Shown here: positions 40,215 to 48,886 of the stretch, one piece after another
Position numbering within the stretch: position 1 is the first letter of the stretch
Layout: the number at the start of each line of letters is the position of its first letter
NCBI GenBank assembly: GCA_041740355.1
Contig: JBGSMD010000002.1
Location: 1-64,000 of the forward strand
From: Bdellovibrionota bacterium
GTDB taxonomy: Bacteria > Bdellovibrionota_C > UBA2361 > CALJRW01
Reading direction: 5' to 3'
Length of the DNA: 64,000 nucleotides
Program-made: the position numbers and the translations under genes
Notes under the pieces: model-generated
Seen by the model: only the letters and a program-made list of their open reading frames with translations
What the model was told of the DNA's origin: nothing
Databases searched by the model: none

Positions 40215-40703
40215 TTGAGTAATCGACAAAAGAAAAGAGTTAATCAAAGACAAATCATATTTTTAATTGCCTTTATTGGCTTATTAATTGCTGGTACTTA
40301 TTTCTATCTAGATTACAAACGCACTTCACATTTAAAACTTGCAAATTTAGTAAATCAAGATGGTAAAAATTATGGCCAGATTTACTTGGAAATTGCTGAT
40401 ACTCCTGAAAAGAGAGCGAAAGGATTAATGTATCGTCAGAAACTTTCCTTAGATCAAGGAATGCTCTTTAAGTTTGATGAAACAAAAATCCAATCGATCT
40501 GGATGAAAAATACATACCTAAGCTTAGATTTATTTTTCCTTAGTCCCAATTATCAGATTGTTGGTATTATTCCTAAAGTTCCAATCTTAAATGAGATATC
40601 CAGAAAAGTTGAAGTTCCATCTCGTTATGTAGTCGAACTTAATGCTGGTTCAGTTGAAAGACTTGGGATTAAGCTTGGGGATACTTTTAAGTTAGATTCA
40701 TAA
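40215..40703 (+). CDS. DUF192 domain protein
   Basis: EIADTPEKRAKGLMYR, GMLF, WMKNTYLSLD, VVELNAG. Confidence 0.9.
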   Translation: MSNRQKKRVNQRQIIFLIAFIGLLIAGTYFYLDYKRTSHLKLANLVNQDGKNYGQIYLEIADTPEKRAKGLMYRQKLSLDQGMLFKFDETKIQSIWMKNTYLSLDLFFLSPNYQIVGIIPKVPILNEISRKVEVPSRYVVELNAGSVERLGIKLGDTFKLDS

Positions 40704-40939
40704 TTAATAATTCTACTTTTGCAGCACAATTTTACCAATGTAACACTAAGAGTTTTTACAGAATCAAATCTAGTTTTTTAAAAATGTCTGGTTCTGATCT
40801 TAAGTGCGATTTGTTTACTCCATTACCTCCATTTAGTTATCATCATAAATCTGTAACTGCCTGTAATCTCCTTGAAAATTAGAGACTAGCTCTTTACATA
40901 AATTTCTAATCGTGTAAATTATTGTCCAACTTCAAGTGC

Positions 40940-41143
40940 GATAAACCCTCGGCATATCAAATTGCGGAGGGCGAGAGTAATCTTGGCTTTAGCCATGTTA
41001 CGCCGTAGAAGAAAAACCAATACTCACCATTAATTTGCGTAGGGTTTGTAGTATTTTTTACGGCAAAACCTGTCTTTGACAGGATTTTGCTCGCTCACCT
41101 TATTCTATTCATTTTTTATCAAAAATGAAAAACGGTGAGTATA
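40940..41143 (+). ncRNA. Structured repeat family B, copy 1 (longer copy; candidate ncRNA or non-autonomous mobile element)
   Basis: Homologous to 61832-62006; 5' hairpin, multibranch core closed by GCGAG/CTCGC, 3' hairpin; G-U pairs favour the + strand. Confidence 0.65.
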
Positions 41144-41165
41144 TTTGCCCTTAAAGTTAACTTGC

Positions 41166-41240
41166 TGGCCTGTCGCCAAGTGGTAAGGCAACTGGTTTTG
41201 GTCCAGTCATCCGGGGGTTCGAATCCTCCCAGGCCAGCCA
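41166..41240 (+). tRNA. tRNA-Gln (TTG)
   Basis: Acceptor stem (T)GGCCTG/CAGGCC(A), D-arm GCCAAGTGGTAAGGC, anticodon arm ACTGG-TTTTGGT-CCAGT, GGTTCGAATCC, encoded CCA; canonical position upstream of prs. Confidence 0.96.
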
Positions 41241-41307
41241 ATAAGTGTATTTAAATATCATCGCCGTTATTTCGCATTATTGTGATAGCGGTACAAAACT
41301 GGAAAAC

Positions 41308-41336
41308 CCTCCGTCGCATAAGCTTTGGAGTACAAG
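41308..41336 (+). repeat. REP-like palindrome (family C)
   Basis: CCTCCGTCGCATAAGCTTTGGAGTACAAG aligns with CCTCCTTCGCTAAAGCTTCGGATGACAAG at 38388-38416. Confidence 0.55.
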
Positions 41337-41439
41337 TTCAGTATTTGTGCTAGGCGTAAATTCAGTATTATTTGGTAAATACTTTTGGAATTTACTTTAT
41401 TTAGCTGAGGTGCAAAACTTCTCAGCAAAAGTTGATTTT

Positions 41440-42384
41440 ATGAATCGTAACCTCCTAGTTTTCTCTGGACGCTCTTCTCAGTCCTTCACTTCTAAAATTA
41501 CAAAAATATTAAATGTTGAGCTTGGTAAGTTAGAGGTAACTCGCTTCAGTGATGGGGAATTATCCGTCGATATTGGAGACAATGTTCGGGGACGTGATGT
41601 CTTCATAGTTCAAAGTACCTGCAATCCAGTAAATGACAATTTAATGGAATTGCTTATTGTTATGGACGCCTTAAAACGAGCATCCGCAGGCAGAATTACT
41701 GCAGTCATTCCTTACTTTGGTTATGCTCGTCAGGATCGCAAACTTAAACCTCGAGTTCCAATCACTGCTAAGTTAGTAGCCGATATTCTTACTACTGCCG
41801 GAGCTCATCGGATGCTGACAATTGACCTACACTCTGGTCAGATTATGGGATTCTTTAACTCTCCGGTTGATAACTTAAATGCTCTTCCCGTTATTCTTCC
41901 TTATGTTAAAAATAAATATAAGAATGAGAATATCGCGATTGTCTCACCTGATGCTGGTGGAGTTGAGCGTGCTCGTGAGTTTTCTAAAAGATGGCCGGAA
42001 TCAAGCTTAGCAATTATTGATAAAAGACGGCCTGAACCAGGCAAAATTGCTGAAATGAGAGTAGTAGGTGATGTAAAAGATCGCTGCTGTATTATTGTCG
42101 ATGATATGATTGATACAGCTGGAACTCTCGTCAAAGCTTCCGAAGTACTAAAAAAAGCTGGTGCTTCAAAGGTGATTGCTTGTTGCACTCACGCGGTACT
42201 TTCAGGGAGTGCTATGGAAAGAATTAACGAAGCTGATTTTGAGGAAGTGATCATTACAGATACAATCCCGCTTAAGCATGCAGAAATTAGCCCAAAGATT
42301 ACAGTGCTTTCTGTTAGTTCGTTATTTGCTGAAGCAATACGTAGAATTCACAAAGAAGATTCGATTAGTAGCTTATTTAGCTAA
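41440..42384 (+). CDS. prs: Ribose-phosphate pyrophosphokinase
   Basis: FSDGE, PYFGYARQDR, DLHSGQI, VSPDAGG, VDDMIDTAGT; start moved to ATG 41440 (MNRNLLVFSG). Confidence 0.96.
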   Translation: MNRNLLVFSGRSSQSFTSKITKILNVELGKLEVTRFSDGELSVDIGDNVRGRDVFIVQSTCNPVNDNLMELLIVMDALKRASAGRITAVIPYFGYARQDRKLKPRVPITAKLVADILTTAGAHRMLTIDLHSGQIMGFFNSPVDNLNALPVILPYVKNKYKNENIAIVSPDAGGVERAREFSKRWPESSLAIIDKRRPEPGKIAEMRVVGDVKDRCCIIVDDMIDTAGTLVKASEVLKKAGASKVIACCTHAVLSGSAMERINEADFEEVIITDTIPLKHAEISPKITVLSVSSLFAEAIRRIHKEDSISSLFS

Positions 42385-42769
42385 TAAAACTTTGCCAAGA
42401 ATTTTTTTCAAAAACGTTTGTCCTGTTTCAAAAACTATTTGGTCTGACATTAATTGTGCCTTTTGCTAAGGAATCTCTGTTAATAAATAATTAGTTTAGA
42501 TGAGCTACTAAGTTATGATCAGATGTTATCTTACCAAATAAGTGACTAAGTCACTTAAATTACATAATATTTTTACTGATCTTAGTGAATATTCGAACAG
42601 TCCTAAAAATCTTAAACTTGCTAAGTTAAGAAATATTTCTGAAAAGTTTACAAATTCTTTAAAAACATATAAATTACGCACCCTTAGTATTACACTTGGA
42701 GCTTAATAGTGTTTTTGTATAGCAAGCCTATAATACTAGTTTTTTTATATTCTGATTTAAGGAAGTAAC

Positions 42770-43435
42770 GTGGAAGAAAAAGTTTTACATATCGAATCCA
42801 GAACTAGCAATGGTTCAGCTGAAAGCCGTCGTTTACGCCGTACTGGTAAAGTTCCAGTTTCTATTCTTTATCCTGATGCTACTAGCGTTGCTGGAATAGT
42901 AATTGAAAAAGATTTCGTACATTTGGCTGAAATGTCTAAGTATACTGATGTTTTTCATTTTAAATCTGATAATCAGAAATTAAATGGTCAAAAAGTATTG
43001 GTAAAGGATTTACAGAAAGAGCCTTTAAAAGGTTCAGTATTACACGTTGACTTTTTGGCACTAGATGACAAGAAAGCAATTAACGTTAAAGTTCCTGTTG
43101 CTCTTGTGGGAACTCCTGTCGGAGTAAAAACCCAAGGTGGTATTTTAACTAAGTCAGCGCAATTTTTGGTTGTTTCTTGCTTACCAGCAGTTATTCCTAG
43201 TGAAATTGAAGTAGATGTTACTGAATTAAAAGTAGGGGATCGTGTAATTGCAAATGAATTAAAATTCACTAACGGACTTGTGTTAAAAAGCAACGAACGG
43301 GAAACAATTGCCTCAGTAGTAGCAAGTAGAGCAACTCGACTTCAGGAAACTGATGCTAAAGCTCCAGAAGCTGCTGCCAAAGGTGCTCCTGCTAAGGCAC
43401 CAGCTGCTGCGGCTAAAGCGCCTGCTAAGAAATAA
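42770..43435 (+). CDS. rplY: 50S ribosomal protein L25/Ctc
   Basis: SRRLRRTGKVP, LHVDF, GVKTQGG, IPSEIEVDV; AAGGA Shine-Dalgarno; prs-rplY-pth synteny. Confidence 0.92.
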   Translation: MEEKVLHIESRTSNGSAESRRLRRTGKVPVSILYPDATSVAGIVIEKDFVHLAEMSKYTDVFHFKSDNQKLNGQKVLVKDLQKEPLKGSVLHVDFLALDDKKAINVKVPVALVGTPVGVKTQGGILTKSAQFLVVSCLPAVIPSEIEVDVTELKVGDRVIANELKFTNGLVLKSNERETIASVVASRATRLQETDAKAPEAAAKGAPAKAPAAAAKAPAKK

Positions 43436-43443
43436 AGTTTTAA

Positions 43444-44040
43444 GTGGACAGCTTCAGCAATCATAAATTTTTGCTGGTTGGCTTAGGTAACCCAGGTTCT
43501 CGATATCAGTCTACAAGACATAATGTCGGGTTCATGTTTTTAGACTTTCTGCTTAAATCAATTAGTAGAGATTCTTTTAAAGTTGATTCTCAATTTAACT
43601 CGGAGATTGCTCGAGTTAATATTGAGAAACATGATTGTACGTTAGTTAAACCGCTAACTTATATGAACCTAAGTGGAGAAGCAGTCGTGAAGATTGCTAG
43701 GTTTTATAAAATTGCCCCAAGTCAGGTTATAGTATTTTATGATGATTTAGATTTGGCCTTTGGTAAGATTCGCCTTCGAACCAAAAGTGGAGATGGCGGG
43801 CATAATGGAATAAAATCCATTAAGCAACATCTCACTACCAACGATTATGTAAATTTTCGCTTTGGAATTGGTCGTCCGGAAATCAAGGGATTTGAAATTA
43901 GTGATTGGGTCTTAAGCAAACTTGGTAAGGCGGAACTTGATACTATTCAAGAAACGTTTCAAGTTGCCGAAAAGGCGTTGGCAGTTTTATTACAAGATGG
44001 GTTGTTATCAGCTCAGAATAAACTAGGACAAAAAGATTAG
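43444..44040 (+). CDS. pth: Peptidyl-tRNA hydrolase
   Basis: VGLGNPG..Y..TRHNVGF, KPLTYMNLSG, YDDLD, GGHNG. Confidence 0.95.
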   Translation: MDSFSNHKFLLVGLGNPGSRYQSTRHNVGFMFLDFLLKSISRDSFKVDSQFNSEIARVNIEKHDCTLVKPLTYMNLSGEAVVKIARFYKIAPSQVIVFYDDLDLAFGKIRLRTKSGDGGHNGIKSIKQHLTTNDYVNFRFGIGRPEIKGFEISDWVLSKLGKAELDTIQETFQVAEKALAVLLQDGLLSAQNKLGQKD

Positions 44041-44352
44041 TTTTTTTTGTTTTTTAAAAGTCCATTCTTGGCAAAGCTAAGTTGGGTCTTTGAAGAAAAT
44101 TTACTCAACAGCATCAGCTTTATTAGCAATAATTGATTAGTGGTGAGTGCAAACAAGTTTTTAAGCGCACATAAATTATGCGTTTGGAATAAAAAATAAG
44201 CCCAAACCTTTTAAAGTTTGAGTAGTAGCATAATTTAGTATTTTAAATTTAATCACTACCAGAGAATAAAAGGTTTTATAAATTTTTTACTTAATACTTT
44301 GGTTTTTGTACCAATGTTGATTAAGTAAAGTTATAGGTAATTAAAGGAATAT

Positions 44353-44709
44353 ATGAATAAATACGAAACTATTTTGGTAATTAATCCAAAACTAGATGAG
44401 CAAGGGTTACAAACCTTAGCTGATAAATATCGCAAGTTAGTAGAAGCTAATGCAGGCCAAGTTGATGAAATCGAAAGCTGGGGCAAACGCGAAATTGCTC
44501 AGACTTTAGGCAATGAAGCCTATGGTTATTATTTGAATTTCAACTATCAGTCTGAAAATTCTAAATTAATCACTACTATCAACACGCAATTTCGTTTAGA
44601 TGGTGATATTTTAAAATTTCAAACTCACCGTGTTGGTGAAGCTACTAAGAAGTTTAAAGTTAATCGACGTTTTCAAGCGCTTGGTGATGACTATACAATT
44701 GGTGGTTAA
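44353..44709 (+). CDS. rpsF: 30S ribosomal protein S6
   Basis: MNKYETILVINP, WGKREIA, GYY; AAGGA Shine-Dalgarno. Confidence 0.88.
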   Translation: MNKYETILVINPKLDEQGLQTLADKYRKLVEANAGQVDEIESWGKREIAQTLGNEAYGYYLNFNYQSENSKLITTINTQFRLDGDILKFQTHRVGEATKKFKVNRRFQALGDDYTIGG

Positions 44710-44779
44710 TATTGCGTAATCAAATCAAAGAGATCTGATTTGGTATGCTGTTCAAATTATAAATAGGCAAGGAGATAAA

Positions 44780-45283
44780 ATGGAAGTTATTTTAGAGAGA
44801 GATTATCCACAACTAGGATTTGTTGGTGATCGTGTACAAATTAGTCGCGGGTTTGGACGTAACTATTTAATACCGCAAGGGATTGCAGTTGAGGTCAACG
44901 CTCGTAATGAGAAGTTTCTTAAAAATAAAATGCAAGCAATTGCTACTCAAAGAGCTAAATTAAAAGCAGACGCTGAGCAATTGTCTGATAAAATGAAATC
45001 AGAAGCCTGGGAATTTACTTTAAAAGTTGGTTCAAAGGGTAAGAGCTTTGGTTCAGTTTCAGCTAAAGATGTTTACGAGATGGTGATTTCTCGTGGTTAC
45101 GAAGTTGATAAGAAGCAAGTTGTATTAACTGATTCTGTAAGATCTTCTGGTGATTATAAGTTTTCTGTTAAATTACATTCTGAAGTGACAGCAATTGTTC
45201 CACTTAAAGTTTTAGCTGACATTACTGCTAAAGCTAAGTCAGAGAAGAATGATGCTGAGTCTGAAGACCAGACTGCAGAATAA
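44780..45283 (+). CDS. rplI: 50S ribosomal protein L9
   Basis: MEVIL....LG.VGD.V.ISRGFGRNYLIPQG, GKSFGSV, VKLHSEV. Confidence 0.94.
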   Translation: MEVILERDYPQLGFVGDRVQISRGFGRNYLIPQGIAVEVNARNEKFLKNKMQAIATQRAKLKADAEQLSDKMKSEAWEFTLKVGSKGKSFGSVSAKDVYEMVISRGYEVDKKQVVLTDSVRSSGDYKFSVKLHSEVTAIVPLKVLADITAKAKSEKNDAESEDQTAE

Positions 45284-45288
45284 TACCT

Positions 45289-45330
45289 AAGCCATTTCGA
45301 TTTCTTGATCGTGATCGAAATGGCTTTTTT
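45289..45330 (+). terminator. Intrinsic terminator after rplI
   Basis: AAGCCATTTCGAT...ATCGAAATGGCTT followed by TTTT. Confidence 0.85.
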
Positions 45331-45385
45331 CATCTAAAAGTATCGAAATACTTATGCTTCCTGCGTTATCGCGCATCCAGATAAT

Positions 45386-46222
45386 ATGAAAAAGTTCTTA
45401 CTATTGATTACGATCTTAATCTTAATCGGAGCTGGTTTCATATTCAAATACTCCTTAAGGACTACAACAAATCAATTGCCGAGTAATCCGAAACAAGTGT
45501 TTACTAAGTTTCAAAATTTTAAACCGGCACAAAGAGTTTCCTTTAAAGATCAGCAAGAATTTAATCCAAAAAAAGATCTAAGCTTTTCCGTAATAATTTG
45601 GTTAAGATTTAAGGAAATTACCAAACAAGAGCAAAGGACTTTCATCCTTCGAAAATATAGCCAAAAAGAGCAAACTGGTTACGCATTAGCCTTCAATCAA
45701 TTTGAGGATGGCTTTTATCCACAGATATTTTGGACAAAAAAACAAGAGGGCAAATGGCTTACGTTTCAAAAGTTTAAACCACAACCGCACCGTTGGTATG
45801 GTTTTCTATTAACTTTTACTGATAATAAATACCTTGGACTTCATTTACTAAAACCGGAAAAAGTAAGCGATCAAATTTCCTTAAAAAACTTAGGTGGCTA
45901 CATCCTTGAAGATACTTTCCCGATAAGTAATGCCAAGTTAGAAATAGGGTCAATTGGAACTAAAATCTTTAATGGTTCCATCGCTAAGGTCTCATTTTAT
46001 AAATCAGATTCGAAGAATTTTGAACTGCTAGATTTCTTAGAAACGCTGAAGTCAGCTTCCGTGGATAGTAAATTTGAAGAATATCCTAGCTATGATTTGG
46101 AGTTTGAGAAGATTCAGAAGAGCACAAAAAAAACTAAAGATTTAAATGGTAAAGGAAAAAATACTATTTCAAAATTAGATGCAAAAGTTAAATCTTCCCA
46201 GAAAAAGGCTGGGCGTAATTAA
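45386..46222 (+). CDS. Membrane-anchored LamG/concanavalin-like beta-sandwich protein, putative
   Basis: N-terminal signal/TM; FSVIIWLRF, WYGFLLTF, LEIGS...FNGSIAKVSFY LamG-like pattern; Lys-rich tail. Confidence 0.55.
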   Translation: MKKFLLLITILILIGAGFIFKYSLRTTTNQLPSNPKQVFTKFQNFKPAQRVSFKDQQEFNPKKDLSFSVIIWLRFKEITKQEQRTFILRKYSQKEQTGYALAFNQFEDGFYPQIFWTKKQEGKWLTFQKFKPQPHRWYGFLLTFTDNKYLGLHLLKPEKVSDQISLKNLGGYILEDTFPISNAKLEIGSIGTKIFNGSIAKVSFYKSDSKNFELLDFLETLKSASVDSKFEEYPSYDLEFEKIQKSTKKTKDLNGKGKNTISKLDAKVKSSQKKAGRN

Positions 46223-46285
46223 AAATTACCTCCAATAAGATCCTCTGGTTATAAAAATAATTTTCCCCTAATATCGATTAAGACT

Positions 46286-48058
46286 ATGGTATCAATGATC
46301 TTAACTCTATTAATTGCAATATTCTTTGCGATTCTACTTAATCCATTAAGTACTTTGATTTCTTTACCAATTATAGTTTTGACAATAGTTTTCCCAAAAC
46401 TAGTTTTGCCGACACTATTTTTAATTGGAGCAACTCTTGGCAACCAATTCCAAATTTTTACCTTTGGGCTATTTCTAGTTTATCAAGCAGGAGTAAAGAA
46501 AACTAAGATAGCAATCCCAAGAGACTGTATGTATTTTTTCTGTGTTTTAGGAACATGGCTAGTAATTGAATTTTATCAACTAACAAACTTAGCGCATTCA
46601 CTTCAGTTCTTTAAAGATCATGATATCTTCCAGTGGTCTACTTATCTGAAAACAGAATATCATCACCTCATTCAAACCGTAACTATCGTTAGTAATCTTT
46701 GGTTGATTATAATTTCCTATCAGTTTTTCAAATCATATCAATTAAAGGATTTTAAATTTGGACTAATTCTGGCTGTCTTGTTGCTACAATTATTAACTAC
46801 CTATCAAATCTTTATTGATCCATTTATCTTTGGAAATCAAACAAATTTTTGGTTGATGCAACTGAGGTTCTCTGGCACTTTTACGGATCCCAATGCCTTT
46901 GCGCTAGCATCTTTTATTATTATTGGTTTTTTGGTTTTTCTCTCAGAGGAGGATCGTTCCGATAAGAAACTACCAGTCATTATCTTTATTCAAATCTTGC
47001 TTACCTCATGTTCCGGCTCGCGGACTTTCTTTCTAGCTCTCTTTGGAAGCTTGCTAGGTTTGTCATATCTGAGAAGTAAAAAATTGTTTTATACAAGTAT
47101 CATAATATGCTTCTCCACATTATTTTTCATCAACCTACTGTTTTTAGCCAATAGGTTTAGCCCAACCAGTCTCAGCATATTTCCGACAAGCATTTACAGA
47201 GTACTAACCAGCTTAAATATCGAAGATGTAAGTCAAACGTTTTTTTCTCGGCAAGTTTTTAATGAGCTGAATTTTTTAATTTTCAAGGATTACCCAATCT
47301 TTGGTATTGGACTTAATCAATTCGATCAGTTTTTACCAAGCTATCAAAACTTATTACATAGTGATATTGGAAGTTGGGTTGATAACAATAATAATTTCTA
47401 TTTTGGCTTACTATCAGAGCTTGGACTCTTGGGCTTTCTGAGTTTTCTGTGCTTAATTAATTGTTTTCGTTTTGACTTTTCGAAATCTAAAATCTTAATT
47501 GTCTTCTGTCTAGTTTTTCTCTCTTTACTCCTCCTTGGCCCTCATTTCTATTTTACAGAAGTAAGCATACTTTTTGGTTTTCTAGTGAGTCAGGTTGTTA
47601 GGGAAAATCCTAGTATTACTCAAAAATGCCCAAGAATCCTAAGTCTGGCTTTCTGCCTTGTAATCATTTTAGGATGCATAAGTAATTCAAGGTTTCGAAC
47701 AATTGGACTTTATCCAGTAGAACAAGATGGAGTTGGTAATTTTCATTGGTCCAAGCAAGAAGCTAAGATTTTTCTTGATTGTTCTAAAGTTCAAAGCTTA
47801 GCACTTGAAGAGTTTATGCCTGATGTCAAAATTCAAAGCTTGCAAATCTCTGAGTTTGGAAGAGTTCCTCTTCTCGGGCAAAAATTCGTAGACTTAAAGT
47901 TAGATGGTGGGAAATTTATTTGCCCAGATATTCAAAGTCAATTTCAAATTTACTTAAAACTTTCTGGTGTTTGGCAACCAATTAATATTATTCCGTCTTC
48001 CAATGACCAAAGATACCTAGGGGTCAAGGTTAGGTTTAATTATTTCTCGCCCTTTTAG
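46286..48058 (+). CDS. O-antigen ligase / O-oligosaccharyltransferase family membrane protein
   Basis: Many TMs; RFSGTFTDPNAF, SGSRT, YPIFGIGLNQF, NNFYFGLLSELGLLG. Confidence 0.8.
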   Translation: MVSMILTLLIAIFFAILLNPLSTLISLPIIVLTIVFPKLVLPTLFLIGATLGNQFQIFTFGLFLVYQAGVKKTKIAIPRDCMYFFCVLGTWLVIEFYQLTNLAHSLQFFKDHDIFQWSTYLKTEYHHLIQTVTIVSNLWLIIISYQFFKSYQLKDFKFGLILAVLLLQLLTTYQIFIDPFIFGNQTNFWLMQLRFSGTFTDPNAFALASFIIIGFLVFLSEEDRSDKKLPVIIFIQILLTSCSGSRTFFLALFGSLLGLSYLRSKKLFYTSIIICFSTLFFINLLFLANRFSPTSLSIFPTSIYRVLTSLNIEDVSQTFFSRQVFNELNFLIFKDYPIFGIGLNQFDQFLPSYQNLLHSDIGSWVDNNNNFYFGLLSELGLLGFLSFLCLINCFRFDFSKSKILIVFCLVFLSLLLLGPHFYFTEVSILFGFLVSQVVRENPSITQKCPRILSLAFCLVIILGCISNSRFRTIGLYPVEQDGVGNFHWSKQEAKIFLDCSKVQSLALEEFMPDVKIQSLQISEFGRVPLLGQKFVDLKLDGGKFICPDIQSQFQIYLKLSGVWQPINIIPSSNDQRYLGVKVRFNYFSPF

Positions 48059-48121
48059 CACGCAGAAGTTCGATGCAATAATATTGTAAATTCTGAGTTT
48101 GCCAAAAGGGGAGAACGAGCC

Positions 48122-48151
48122 TTGACTTAACAGCACACTCTCGAGTATCAT
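48122..48151 (+). promoter_or_regulatory. Putative sigma70 promoter of the pyr operon
   Basis: TTGACT-18 nt-TATCAT immediately upstream of the PyrR-site-like hairpin. Confidence 0.5.
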
Positions 48152-48159
48152 CATTTAGC

Positions 48160-48190
48160 CCTTTAACGAGTACCTGTGAGTTCTCCAAGG
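48160..48190 (+). promoter_or_regulatory. PyrR-binding RNA hairpin (variant)
   Basis: CCTTTAACGAGTACCTGTGAGTTCTCCAAGG resembles CUUUAA...AGUCC.GUGAG.CU...AAGG; lies directly upstream of pyrR. Confidence 0.65.
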
Positions 48191-48286
48191 AAATAAACCT
48201 ATCTTAAGCAGACGACTGTCTCAATCCTTGCGTGCTCATATCTCTCAATTATAAGGATAATTCAATCTTTACAGAGGTAACATTAC

Positions 48287-48868
48287 ATGTCCGAGCAAAA
48301 GAAAAGCATTCCCAAAGACTGGATTAAACTGATTGATTCTGAAATTATTAAAAAATGTATTACCAGAATTTCCTATGAAATCCTTGAAAAAGGGATTCCC
48401 TTGGATCAGTTAGCAATCGTTGGGATCCACACTGGTGGAGAATACATTGCACGCCGAATCCATCAGTGTATTCAACAAATTGAAAATCGTGAAATTAACC
48501 TAGGGGTAATCGATATTACATTATATCGAGATGATTTAAGTCATGCCTCTGCACAGCCTGTAATTAAAGCTACTGATTTACCATTTGATGTTGATGATTC
48601 TCACATTATCTTAGTTGATGATGTTTTTTATACCGGAAGAACAATTCGCGCGGCTTTAGATGCGATCATTGATTTTGGAAGACCAAATTGTATCGAATTA
48701 GCTGTGTTAATGGATCGCGGACACCGAGAACTTCCAATTCGGGCTGATTATGTTGGGAAGAATATTCCAACCAAGAGAAATGAATTTGTACGAGTCAGAC
48801 TGGAAGAGTTAGGGTATGAAGATGCTGTATATTTAATCTCCGCTGAACATAATCGTGATAATAGATAG
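48287..48868 (+). CDS. pyrR: Pyrimidine regulator / uracil phosphoribosyltransferase PyrR
   Basis: RISYEILE, DITLYRDD, LVDDVFYTGRTIRAA, DRGHRELPIRADYVGKN. Confidence 0.96.
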   Translation: MSEQKKSIPKDWIKLIDSEIIKKCITRISYEILEKGIPLDQLAIVGIHTGGEYIARRIHQCIQQIENREINLGVIDITLYRDDLSHASAQPVIKATDLPFDVDDSHIILVDDVFYTGRTIRAALDAIIDFGRPNCIELAVLMDRGHRELPIRADYVGKNIPTKRNEFVRVRLEELGYEDAVYLISAEHNRDNR

Positions 48869-48886
48869 TTTATTAAAAAATCTTTT

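Noticed and set aside
41061-41092. GGCAAAACCTGTC hairpin as a c-di-GMP-I riboswitch
   Set aside because: Lacks the GNRA tetraloop and second-stem motif, and is part of a larger repeat that is not consistently 5' of genes
41245-41439. 65-aa N-terminal extension of Prs in the ORF track
   Set aside because: Starts 4 nt after the tRNA and runs through a REP-like repeat; Prs homology begins at MNRNLLVFSG (41440)
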